This document shows, piece after piece, positions 17,746 to 25,885 of a stretch of 49,816 nt of DNA (its first letter is position 1; every line of letters starts with the position of its first letter). The notes under the pieces were generated by a model, which saw only the letters and a program-made list of their open reading frames with translations, had not been told where the DNA came from and did no database searches. Both the position numbers and the translations under genes were made by a program. Source of the DNA: a virus (lineage: Duplodnaviria; Caudoviricetes); the IMG/VR virus record IMGVR_UViG_3300033519_000095, positions 1 through 49,816 of that record; one strand, 5' to 3'.

Positions 17746-17970
17746 ATGACTACAGTTAAAGAATTTAAAGAATGGTTAAATCAATTTGATGATGATACTA
17801 TTATCACCATTCATGGTAATGAAGAATTTAAACTTAGATCTAAAGAAGATATTGCATTTGGAAGGTGTGATGAGTTTGATTTGACTGATTTTAGAGATAA
17901 TCAATTTACTAAAGAAGATTGTTGGTGGTTTGGTAAACAAGTATTAAATATTGGTGATGAAAACGATTGA
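17746..17970 (+). CDS. MTTVKEF-type small protein
   Basis: Promoter 17715. Confidence 0.6.
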   Translation: MTTVKEFKEWLNQFDDDTIITIHGNEEFKLRSKEDIAFGRCDEFDLTDFRDNQFTKEDCWWFGKQVLNIGDEND

Positions 17971-18118
17971 GATCACACAACACGAGTTACAACAAGCCAC
18001 AAGGCTTAACATCTACCGTAACAAAAAGAAATACACACGTAAAAGTAAGCACGTGAGGAACGAGAAATATTAAATTTATTTCGTATATTCAGGTATAAAT
18101 AAGATAAATAAATTAAAA

Positions 18119-18298
18119 ATGGAAGACGAAATTAACATCTTTGAAATGCCTGAAAATACAAAGGCAGAAATTATTGACAAAATAGAAGCTATGGCAAATA
18201 GCATCAGAAATGATTGGAGTGATCCAAGAAGCGAAACACGTAGAATAAAAGCACTTTGTCAAAAATTACGTGATTTCGATGTGGGTGGGGAAAAATAA
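18119..18298 (+). CDS. 59-aa hypothetical protein ending just before an attC-like site
   Basis: MEDEINIFEMP...DVGGEK*; promoter 18080. Confidence 0.55.
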   Translation: MEDEINIFEMPENTKAEIIDKIEAMANSIRNDWSDPRSETRRIKALCQKLRDFDVGGEK

Positions 18299-18304
18299 AA
18301 TTTC

Positions 18305-18372
18305 CTATAACGGTTTGCAGCTAACCGATAGTTTTTGCTTTTCGCAAAAATTTTGGTTAGGTGCTGTTATAA
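18305..18372. repeat. attC-like hairpin 3
   Basis: tataac...gttata ends; gca-g-ctaacc / ggttag-g-tgc; agtttttgc / gcaaaaatt. Confidence 0.7.
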
Positions 18373-18667
18373 CCAGTGCGATTTAATAACGAAAAAATAG
18401 TAAAAAAATGAATATGAAAAGCAAATTAGGTATGATGAGTATGTTCGCAGCTATGGCTATGATGGGGACAGAAACACCGCATAGAGAACGTGAATACCAA
18501 GAACCAAAAGAAACTGATGAAGAACGCAAACGCAGAATAGCCAAAGCGGAAATGAAATTGAGCAAAAGCCAATGGACTGAAAGAATTTTTTTACGGTGAA
18601 AATAGCCTGTATGCTCTTAATCAGAAAAATGCTGATAAAAAGGCACGAAGCAAGCATTGGTTATAAC
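18366..18667. mobile_element. solo integron-like cassette
   Basis: gttataaccagtgc (18366-18379) vs gcattggttataac (18654-18667), one G.T. Confidence 0.7.
18408..18666 (+). pseudogene. cassette gene with an apparent +1 frameshift
   Basis: Removing one A at 18564-18567 gives ...SKANGLKEFFYGENSLYALNQKNADKKARSKHWL*, with the stop in the tTAAc core. Confidence 0.6.
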
Positions 18668-18833
18668 TAATTACTAAAAGAACATTTAATACACTTGAAT
18701 CATGCGTATTTACTTGAATTTATATGATAATTTAGATATAGATCATTATTAAATGATAAAAGATGTAATTGTAGAGGAATAACAGATATAAAATATAGTT
18801 CGTATATTCAGGTATAATTAAAAATAAAAAGTT

Positions 18834-19037
18834 ATGAAGTTTGAAATGAAAGATCAATTTAGAGCAATAATTAAGGTTGGAGGTAAATTTTCAACATTCC
18901 CTAAAGCAACTAATACTTTGGATGAACTAGAAATAGCTTTAAATAAAGCTGGATTGAGTATAGGTAATGTAATTACAATTGAGACATTTAAAGTATTGAA
19001 TGAGAAAAAAAGAGGAAGAGCTAAAGCTAGATATTAA
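18834..19037 (+). CDS. small basic protein, paralog of 20056..20247
   Basis: F-x-A-x-IKV-x-GK-x-STF-x-K...RGRAKA-x-Y shared by both. Confidence 0.7.
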   Translation: MKFEMKDQFRAIIKVGGKFSTFPKATNTLDELEIALNKAGLSIGNVITIETFKVLNEKKRGRAKARY

Positions 19038-19095
19038 AGGAATAAAATTATTAAATAATAGTTCGTATATTTAAGTATAATTAAAAATATAAGAT

Positions 19096-19299
19096 ATGGA
19101 AAAAAGAACATCAATTACAATGTCAAGAATAGTAAAACAAACAGTTACCTTTGATGAAATGGATTTTGAAACTGTTGAAGAATGGAATGAATTTGTTTTA
19201 AATTTAAAATCGGATGAGGATTTTATGTTAGATCATTTTTATGATAATTTAGATATGGATCATTATGAAATGATAAAAGATGTAATTGTAGAGGAATAA
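19096..19299 (+). CDS. acidic hypothetical protein
   Basis: Promoter 19062. Confidence 0.6.
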   Translation: MEKRTSITMSRIVKQTVTFDEMDFETVEEWNEFVLNLKSDEDFMLDHFYDNLDMDHYEMIKDVIVEE

Positions 19300-19371
19300 C
19301 AGATATAAAATATAGTTCGTATATTCAAGTATAAATAAGGTTAATAAGTTAAATAAATTAAATTAAAGGTT

Positions 19372-19737
19372 ATGAAAAGTGTAAAAAATGTTGAAGCAGT
19401 AGTAGTAGAAGTAGTAGCAATCAAAGGTCGACCTGTAAATGAGAATTCAGCTCGTCAGTTAAGGTTGAAAGAGTTGGAAGCTAAAAAAGCAGCCGGAACG
19501 TTAAAGAAAGGACGTCCTGTAAATGCAAGTTCGGAACGTCAGTTTAGGTTAAAAACTCAAGCTTTGAATAAAGCATTAGGGATTAAACAAGGACGTCCAG
19601 TTGATAAAAATTCAGCTCGTCAACAAAGGTTAGCAGAATTGGAAGTTAAAAAAGCAGCTAATGGAGGTACAATTAAACGAGGACGTCCAGCTCAAGTTAA
19701 AGAATCAGTTGAGTTAGTGGATGTAGTAGCTGCTTAA
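19372..19737 (+). CDS. basic repeat protein with four GRP (AT-hook-like) motifs
   Basis: KGRPV/KGRPV/QGRPV/RGRPA with S(A/E)RQ-x-RL repeats. Confidence 0.75.
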   Translation: MKSVKNVEAVVVEVVAIKGRPVNENSARQLRLKELEAKKAAGTLKKGRPVNASSERQFRLKTQALNKALGIKQGRPVDKNSARQQRLAELEVKKAANGGTIKRGRPAQVKESVELVDVVAA

Positions 19738-19770
19738 TATATAACTAAACATTCAATTCATTTAGGTAAG

Positions 19771-19813
19771 CCCAACTAACCCCGTCCCACTCAGTGGGGA
19801 ACGGGGATTTGGG
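19771..19813 (+). terminator. long GC-rich hairpin
   Basis: cccaa...ccccgtcccac-tca-gtggggaacgggg...ttggg. Confidence 0.5.
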
Positions 19814-19897
19814 GTCCGAGAGTAATAACACATAATTAAAAAAGCCCTGAGCGTGAGTATATAACCGTTGGCACCTAGTTAATTATTTTATTCTCAA

Positions 19898-19975
19898 TGG
19901 TCAGGTAAAGTTGGCATAAGTAGGGCAGTTGCAAATGTATCCACTTAGTATAGGTTCGAATCCTGTCCTGACTAC
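19898..19975 (+). ncRNA. tRNA-like element 1 (non-canonical D/anticodon region)
   Basis: Acceptor ggtcagg/cctgact; T-arm atagg-ttcgaat-cctgt. Confidence 0.55.
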
Positions 19976-20055
19976 TATAGATGGTCTCCGTAATGGAGGT
20001 CATTCGGTGGCTAAAATAATTTCGTATATTTAGGTATAATTAAAAAATAAAAGTT

Positions 20056-20247
20056 ATGAAAACAAGGTTCAAAGCAACAATTAAAGTTTTAGGCAAAACT
20101 TCAACATTTTCTAAATCATCAGATACAGTTCAAGGGTTGATCACGTTGGTTAAAAATGAAGGTATGTCGGTTTCGAATATTATTTCCATTGCTCCATTCA
20201 ATGTGGTAGAGGAGAAACCACGTGGAAGAGCTAAAGCTAAGTATTAA
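20056..20247 (+). CDS. small basic protein, paralog of 18834..19037
   Basis: Shared motifs; promoter 20021. Confidence 0.7.
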   Translation: MKTRFKATIKVLGKTSTFSKSSDTVQGLITLVKNEGMSVSNIISIAPFNVVEEKPRGRAKAKY

Positions 20248-20309
20248 TATTAATTTGGCTAGTATTTAAAAAGTTCGTATATTCAAGTATAAATAAATAA
20301 ATAAATAAT

Positions 20310-20429
20310 ATGAAAACTTTTATTGATAAATCGGTAGAGCTTGGTGTTAGTTATTCTACGCTTTATAAAATGATTTTAAGAAAAGAAATTGATTGTATAT
20401 TAGTTTGTGGTAGATATTATTTTAGCTAG
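20310..20429 (+). CDS. 39-aa excisionase/MerR-like HTH peptide
   Basis: LGVSYSTLYKMI-x3-EI...GRYYF; flanked by a 48-bp direct repeat. Confidence 0.45.
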   Translation: MKTFIDKSVELGVSYSTLYKMILRKEIDCILVCGRYYFS

Positions 20430-20501
20430 TATTTAAAAAGTTAGTATATTCAAGTATAAATAAATAAATAAAATCAAAAAATATTATTAAAAACACAAAT
20501 T

Positions 20502-20744
20502 ATGATTACAGAAAAAAGGTTATTAGAAAACGAAAATAATCCATCTTGTTTAGGTGATGTTAGCGGTAGTGTTTCTTTTTTAATGTTCAAGATTGTTGGA
20601 GGAATAAAGCAAGTAGAATTTGAATTAAAAACAATTTCAGATCATCACGCTATTTCAGTAGCAAATGATTTTCATTACAGAAATGGATTAATAGGTAGAT
20701 ATTATTGCGAAACTTCAAATGGGAATACTTTTAGCGTTTCCTAA
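20502..20744 (+). CDS. cassette-associated ORF crossing an attC-like right half (LGDVSGS)
   Basis: GTTAG core at 20559 lies inside the ORF. Confidence 0.6.
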   Translation: MITEKRLLENENNPSCLGDVSGSVSFLMFKIVGGIKQVEFELKTISDHHAISVANDFHYRNGLIGRYYCETSNGNTFSVS

Positions 20745-20800
20745 CATTACCGCTAACGGTTGGGTGTATGGCAAGTAAGCCGCACACGAACTTATCAATT
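20559..20800. mobile_element. solo integron-like cassette plus truncated attC left half
   Basis: gttagcggtagtgtt (20559-20573) vs aacattaccgctaac (20743-20757), one G.T; followed by ctaacggttgggtgtatg, 17/18 identical to the start of attC 2. Confidence 0.7.
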
Positions 20801-20871
20801 AAGGAATAAAATTATTAAATAATAATTCGTATATTAAAGTATAAGAAAAATAAGTACATTGAAATATAAAA

Positions 20872-20950
20872 TATAGTCAGGTGGTGCAAATGGAGACAGC
20901 CGAGGAAGAATCCGAGGAAGTATACAGGTTCGAATCCTGTCCTGACTATA
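20872..20950 (+). ncRNA. tRNA-like element 2
   Basis: 10-bp closing stem tatagtcagg/cctgactata; T-arm acagg-ttcgaat-cctgt; own promoter at 20826; no proper anticodon arm. Confidence 0.6.
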
Positions 20951-20994
20951 AAATACAGTTATAACAAATACCTGGGCTGGAATGCTAGACAAAA

Positions 20995-21074
20995 TTCAGG
21001 GATATGTAGGTAGTGACTTAACCACTAGAAATTAAGGTAAATGTTGAAGATGGGTTCGAGACCCATTCGCCTGA
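20995..21074 (+). ncRNA. tRNA-like element 3 (degenerate)
   Basis: ttcagg/cctgaa stem; T-like arm atggg-ttcgaga-cccat. Confidence 0.4.
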
Positions 21075-21130
21075 ACCAATAGGCAAAGCTTTGTAGGTTG
21101 AAGCAGCATTTATAACGGGTCTGCAGACCC

Positions 21131-21185
21131 GAGGGGACCGGGTGGTAATGCCAAGACATAATGGAGTTCGATTCTCCACCCCTCA
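21131..21185 (+). ncRNA. tRNA-like element 4 (short, minihelix-like)
   Basis: gagggg/cccctc stem; T-arm tggag-ttcgatt-ctcca. Confidence 0.4.
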
Positions 21186-21225
21186 CAGTAAAAGTATCCA
21201 CTTCATAACTGGTATCTTGAATATA

Positions 21226-21260
21226 GCACCAGATGCTCCCATAACGGGGGCATTTGGTGT
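21226..21260 (+). terminator. hairpin closing the tRNA-like cluster
   Basis: caccagatgctccc-ataac-gggggcatttggtg. Confidence 0.5.
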
Positions 21261-21306
21261 GTGATAGTGGATTCGTATATTAACGTATAAATAAAAATAA
21301 ACATAC

Positions 21307-21516
21307 ATGACATTAATCCAAATAATAGATTTAATTAGCCAATCCAAACACACACCGTGTTCTCAATTCATTAACACGGTTATCAACTCGATACAAAATA
21401 TAGATGGCAACTTGGATGACTGTGTGGTTGCTCTATTGACTAGCGACAAGTATATCATGTGGGTGGAGTTCGTGAATGGTGTATTTATGGGCTCAAGATC
21501 CAAGTATATGGGATGA
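21307..21516 (+). CDS. hypothetical protein
   Basis: Promoter 21272. Confidence 0.55.
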   Translation: MTLIQIIDLISQSKHTPCSQFINTVINSIQNIDGNLDDCVVALLTSDKYIMWVEFVNGVFMGSRSKYMG

Positions 21517-22029
21517 GTCAATGAGCCTGGAGACCCTGGAGATATATAATACGGGACTCACAATAAAATTGACTCCCAATCACCTTGGATCCTCCCCTCC
21601 TAAAAAAGTTGGGTACGTACGTACGCATGGTGGGGATGGGTGAGCGGGCGGCGGTATATATATGGTAGTTAGTACGTATCCCCACGCGCGTTGGTGTCGG
21701 TATATGCGGTGCCGGGTACCCAAAAGTATGATATATTCATTCAGAGTTCTTATAACCTTTCCACCCCGATATTATATATCCTTATATATCCAATTCACCA
21801 TACCCATAATGAGGTTAATAATCTCGAAACTACCAAAGAATATAAAATCCAAAGACCCGCAAAAAAGGGATCCTAAAAAAATTTTCATCTTAGGTTAAGA
21901 TATATACAAATATACAAACTAACGCTAAAGAGTTATTTTGGTTTTAAGAAATATTAGGAGCCCCATAAGAAAATTCATATATTTAAAATATAAATAAGAA
22001 AATAAAGGTTTTAATTAAAAATAAAGGTT

Positions 22030-22536
22030 ATGTTAGAAAATACTAATTACTCAGATTCGATCAATACAGAAATTTCAAAAGGTAGAACATTTGAACAAAT
22101 TTTAAATGAAGAACCAGGTGATGATTGCACACCATCAGAATTACACGCATGGTTAGATGCAGGAGATATTACAAATAAAAATAAATCAATCCCAAATAAC
22201 TTTACTTCAACACACAGAAAAGTAAAAGTATTAGAATTTTCACTAGTTGTATTAATTTCAGCAATGTTGATTTCACCATTTATTGTTCCAAACAATATGT
22301 TTTTATTGTTAAATATTCCATTGGGTATTTTAATTGGAGTATTAGGTAGAACAAATTCAAAATTATATAGCTCAATTGAAATGGAAATAGAGCTTAACGA
22401 GTTATCAAAACACCTAACAGTTAAAGGATATACAAAAAGAGATATTGTTAAAGAATTTATTGTAAAATTAATTTTTACACCATTTCAATTAGTATGCTTA
22501 GGTTGTGAAATTATCTTCTTACCATTCAAGAAATAA
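22030..22536 (+). CDS. membrane protein
   Basis: Two central TM helices plus a C-terminal hydrophobic segment. Confidence 0.7.
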   Translation: MLENTNYSDSINTEISKGRTFEQILNEEPGDDCTPSELHAWLDAGDITNKNKSIPNNFTSTHRKVKVLEFSLVVLISAMLISPFIVPNNMFLLLNIPLGILIGVLGRTNSKLYSSIEMEIELNELSKHLTVKGYTKRDIVKEFIVKLIFTPFQLVCLGCEIIFLPFKK

Positions 22537-22565
22537 AATTATACTGAATTCCAAATAAAGGTTAT

Positions 22566-23030
22566 ATGAAAAGAATAGATGAATATCAAGCCAAACAACT
22601 AATCCCATTCAATGAAGATTTTACAGGTTCCGAACCTGCATTCTTTACCCTAACTAGTGATCCAGTGGATTCTGAATGGGATATCATTACATATTATACA
22701 GCTAGAAAACATAGCTTATATCAAAGTAGAGATGGGGATGGAGATAGTTGGGTTTATATTTTAACTAATACAACTATGCCTAATTTAGTAAAAATTGGTT
22801 CTACAACAAAAACACCAGATAAACGCGCTGAACAAATTTCTCGTGGGACTGGCGTACCCGTTAAATTTACAGTTGAATATGCATTTAGATGCTTTAATGG
22901 TGAAGCATTAGAAGGTGAGATTCATAAATATCTTAAACCATATAGTGTAAATAATCAAAAAGAATTCTTTCAAATTACCCTTGAGGAAGCTATTAAAACT
23001 ATTGAGTTATTAGGGAAAAGATATAAATAA
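22566..23030 (+). CDS. T5orf172/MUG113-like (GIY-YIG superfamily) protein
   Basis: WVYILTN-x2-MPNLVKIG-x-T...TGVP-x2-F...EIH...KEFF. Confidence 0.85.
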   Translation: MKRIDEYQAKQLIPFNEDFTGSEPAFFTLTSDPVDSEWDIITYYTARKHSLYQSRDGDGDSWVYILTNTTMPNLVKIGSTTKTPDKRAEQISRGTGVPVKFTVEYAFRCFNGEALEGEIHKYLKPYSVNNQKEFFQITLEEAIKTIELLGKRYK

Positions 23031-23346
23031 CATATATTTATCTTAAAATAACCATACCCCCATATCTTATATATGTATATTAGGAGGGGTGGTGATAGAA
23101 AATGGGGAATAATACTATTATAGGAATTTAATGGATTAGAAGGAGAATAAATTTTATCATTGATATATTCTAGATTACAAGAATTATATTCTTTAAAGAA
23201 TGTTATTTGGTATTATAATTAGAAAAACCATCATTTTATAAATCCTATTACATTATTTAATAAAATTTAATCCGATTTAAAGATTTTAAAGCGCAAAATC
23301 AATGAAATTACATTCAAAATCAACTCTTTAAATCAATTATCATATT

Positions 23347-23775
23347 ATGGACTTAAATAAAATTTTTGGGCTTTTTAATAATAAACCTGGAGAAGAGCTA
23401 ATTTATGAGAATTTAGAGACTTTTAAGAAAACACCTAAGTTTAAGTTAGGTATGTTTGAGAAGCTTATCAATAATGGGATGAATTTTAAAGCAAAGATTG
23501 TGAATTTTTTTTCCTTAGCAGATGATGAATTTGATGTTCAAGATATAGATAATGCGGGTGAATTTATGATGTATAACAGAGCTTGGTTCTGGATTAGCCA
23601 ATTTGATTGGAGTGAGGATGAAGATTGGGTTACTGAATTAAAAATAATATCAGATGAAAATTTTTTAATGGCTATAAAATTATCAATTCATTACTTTGAG
23701 GAATATGAAGAATTTGAAAAGTGTGCTTTTTTAAAGAAAATTCAAAATACTGTTGAAAAAAACTTGGAGGATTAA
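23347..23775 (+). CDS. hypothetical protein with UVR-like C-terminal motif
   Basis: FEEYEEFEKCAFLKK. Confidence 0.65.
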   Translation: MDLNKIFGLFNNKPGEELIYENLETFKKTPKFKLGMFEKLINNGMNFKAKIVNFFSLADDEFDVQDIDNAGEFMMYNRAWFWISQFDWSEDEDWVTELKIISDENFLMAIKLSIHYFEEYEEFEKCAFLKKIQNTVEKNLED

Positions 23776-23880
23776 AATTTATATTTTATATTACATTTGT
23801 GGTTAGAAAGCAGAAGAGAAAGCAGAGAATAGAGTTAATAAAACGTTGGATAATGTTGTCCGGGTTATAAATAAATACAA

Positions 23881-24054
23881 ATGAATAATAAAGAATTAAC
23901 ACTTAGACGAATTCAAACTATAAATGGACGTTTAAAACAATTGAGACAAGCAATTAATTTTAAAAACCAAGAAGATATCAACACTAATATGTTAGAATTA
24001 GCTGAATTAATTGAAGATCTTCAATCTATTATTGAACGAGAAACTCAATTTTAA
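23881..24054 (+). CDS. 57-aa coiled-coil protein
   Basis: MNNKELTLRRIQ...RETQF*. Confidence 0.55.
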   Translation: MNNKELTLRRIQTINGRLKQLRQAINFKNQEDINTNMLELAELIEDLQSIIERETQF

Positions 24055-24072
24055 ATCTAAAATAAATAAGTT

Positions 24073-24855
24073 ATGAATCTTACAGCAGAACAAATCCAGG
24101 ATAACTGGAGTGAATTAATGTCTTACATTAAGGAATATATTTCATCTCCTAGAAAGGAAAAATTATTTGATTTTTATAATAAATTCCAGGAAAGAATTAT
24201 TTTAATGCCTGCAGCACATAAAAAAGAATATCACAATGCATTTCCAGGAGGATATGTTGAACACGTTAATCGCGTAATTAAATGCTCTCTTAAGCAAGCC
24301 GAATTATGGGGTGAGATGGGAGTAGATGATTCAACTTTCACGTTAGAAGAGCTGGTTTTCAGTGCTTTAAATCATGATTTAGGTAAAATGGGATCAGAAG
24401 AAGAGGAAGCATATATTCCTCAAACTGATCAATGGAGAAAAGATAAATTAGGTGAGGATTATACTCATAATACTAAAATACCATTTTCATCAATCCCAGA
24501 TCGTGGATTATTTTTACTTCAATCTCATAATATTCCATATACATTTAATGAGATGATTACAATCCAGACACATGATGGTTTATATGATGAAGCTAATAAA
24601 AAATATCTAATGGGATTTGGAGTTGAAACAAAACCAAGAACATCACTTCCTTTTATTGTACATCAGGCTGATCTTATGGCTGCTCGCATTGAATGGGAAC
24701 GAGAATGGTTACCTAAATTAAAAGAAGATAAAAAATCCTTGGATAACGGAAAAAAGAATTTTACATTGGGGGAAAATAAAAAATCCCCTTCAAAAGATAG
24801 AGCATTAAGTTCAATTAAAAGTGAAGGATTAAAAAATCTATTAGACAATATATGA
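24073..24855 (+). CDS. HD-domain phosphohydrolase (YhaM-like)
   Basis: HNAFPGGYVEH, HDLGK, HDG, HQAD. Confidence 0.88.
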   Translation: MNLTAEQIQDNWSELMSYIKEYISSPRKEKLFDFYNKFQERIILMPAAHKKEYHNAFPGGYVEHVNRVIKCSLKQAELWGEMGVDDSTFTLEELVFSALNHDLGKMGSEEEEAYIPQTDQWRKDKLGEDYTHNTKIPFSSIPDRGLFLLQSHNIPYTFNEMITIQTHDGLYDEANKKYLMGFGVETKPRTSLPFIVHQADLMAARIEWEREWLPKLKEDKKSLDNGKKNFTLGENKKSPSKDRALSSIKSEGLKNLLDNI

Positions 24856-25139
24856 TAACAGTATTATTAATTTCCGTATTATCAATCTCAGTTATAATAT
24901 TAGGTTTCACAACTTGGAACTTGATGAAAAAACAAGAAAAAGCAGAGGATATTTTAATGGGGTATTTAGAATATCTTGATAAAATTTCCAAAACTATTGA
25001 AATCACAGATGAAAAGCTCAAAGAAATAGATAATAAAGGTTCTTTTGAATCAGATGATGAAATTGGTTTTTTCTTTAAATCTGTCAAACAAATTCAAGAT
25101 ATCTTAAATGATTTTAAAGTAATAAGAATTAAAGAATGA
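24852..25139 (+). CDS. membrane-anchored protein
   Basis: N-terminal TM; FESDDEIGFFF motif. Confidence 0.7.
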   Translation: MITVLLISVLSISVIILGFTTWNLMKKQEKAEDILMGYLEYLDKISKTIEITDEKLKEIDNKGSFESDDEIGFFFKSVKQIQDILNDFKVIRIKE

Positions 25140-25852
25140 TAGTTAAAAAAGTTAGAGAGAAAAGAAAGTATTTTACACAAGATACAGAGGATGCTATTAT
25201 AAGATATAATAGTACCTCTGATTTTAATATAAAGAATAAAATATATGAAGATGAAATACATTATGCCTTCTTTAAATTAACTCAAAATATTATCCATACA
25301 TTTAAATTTTATAATACAGATGTGGATAATTTAGAACATTTACAACATGAGATAATTATTTTTCTTCTCTCTAAAATACATTTATTTGATCATACAAAGG
25401 GTTCCAAAGCATATTCTTATTTTGGAACCATTGTAAAACGTTGGTGTATTTTATATAATGATAAAAATTATAAAAAGAAAATCCAATCCTCACCAATAGA
25501 GGATATATATCATGATGAAAATCACTCATATACTATAGAGGGTGATCCAACAAAAGATAAACTTTCTATTTTTATAGATCATTATGTTGAATTTTGTTCA
25601 AAGAATTTATATAAAATATTTTCAAAAGAAAAAGATGCTCAAGTGGCTGATGCTGTTTTAGAGTTATTTCGTAAAAGGGATAATATAGATTTATTTAATA
25701 AGAAAGCTTTATATATTTACATACATGAACAAATAGATGTTAAGACTCCGAAAATCACCAAAATAGTAAACGTATTGCAAAATATATTTAAATTAAGTTA
25801 TATATTTTATTTAGAAAATGATTATATAAATTTCGAAAAGATTAATATCTGA
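25136..25852 (+). CDS. phage sigma factor, T4 gp55-like (probable late transcription)
   Basis: Region-2-like FDHTKGSKAYSYFGTIVKR; positioned before the structural module. Confidence 0.65.
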   Translation: MIVKKVREKRKYFTQDTEDAIIRYNSTSDFNIKNKIYEDEIHYAFFKLTQNIIHTFKFYNTDVDNLEHLQHEIIIFLLSKIHLFDHTKGSKAYSYFGTIVKRWCILYNDKNYKKKIQSSPIEDIYHDENHSYTIEGDPTKDKLSIFIDHYVEFCSKNLYKIFSKEKDAQVADAVLELFRKRDNIDLFNKKALYIYIHEQIDVKTPKITKIVNVLQNIFKLSYIFYLENDYINFEKINI

Positions 25853-25885
25853 TATTTATAATAAAAAAAATTCAAATATATATTT

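Larger units (their letters stand above)
18723..19334 (+). repeat. 95-bp direct repeat (18723-18817 and 19240-19334)
   Basis: Three mismatches; includes the 3' end of ORF 19096..19299 and the promoter element. Confidence 0.9.
2658..21983 (+). promoter_or_regulatory. dispersed early-promoter repeat (G)GAA or TTTG-N~20-TTCGTATATT(CAAGTATAA)
   Basis: Exact TTCGTATATT at 2658, 4702, 6201, 7019, 8213, 8495, 10212, 10393, 11416, 11857, 12447, 12811, 13166, 13957, 14400, 14898, 14977, 15204, 15619, 15902, 17182, 17715, 18080, 18799, 19062, 19316, 20021, 20274, 20826, 21272; variants at 3040, 16124, 20441, 21974; nearly all lie 15-60 bp before an ATG; resembles Bacteroidota -33 TTTG / -7 TAnnTTTG. 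Confidence 0.85.

Noticed and set aside
19800-19885. Pistol ribozyme or c-di-GMP-II riboswitch (aagccctgagcg, ggcacc)
   Set aside because: Only short motif resemblance; I could not build the required P1, pseudoknot and P3 pairings convincingly.
19898-19975. Functional tRNA-Cys(GCA)
   Set aside because: A ttgcaaa loop is present, but the flanking stem and D arm do not pair canonically.
21662-21898. ORFs 21662..21898 and 21691..21876
   Set aside because: Overlapping, atypical composition, inside the palindromic non-coding block.
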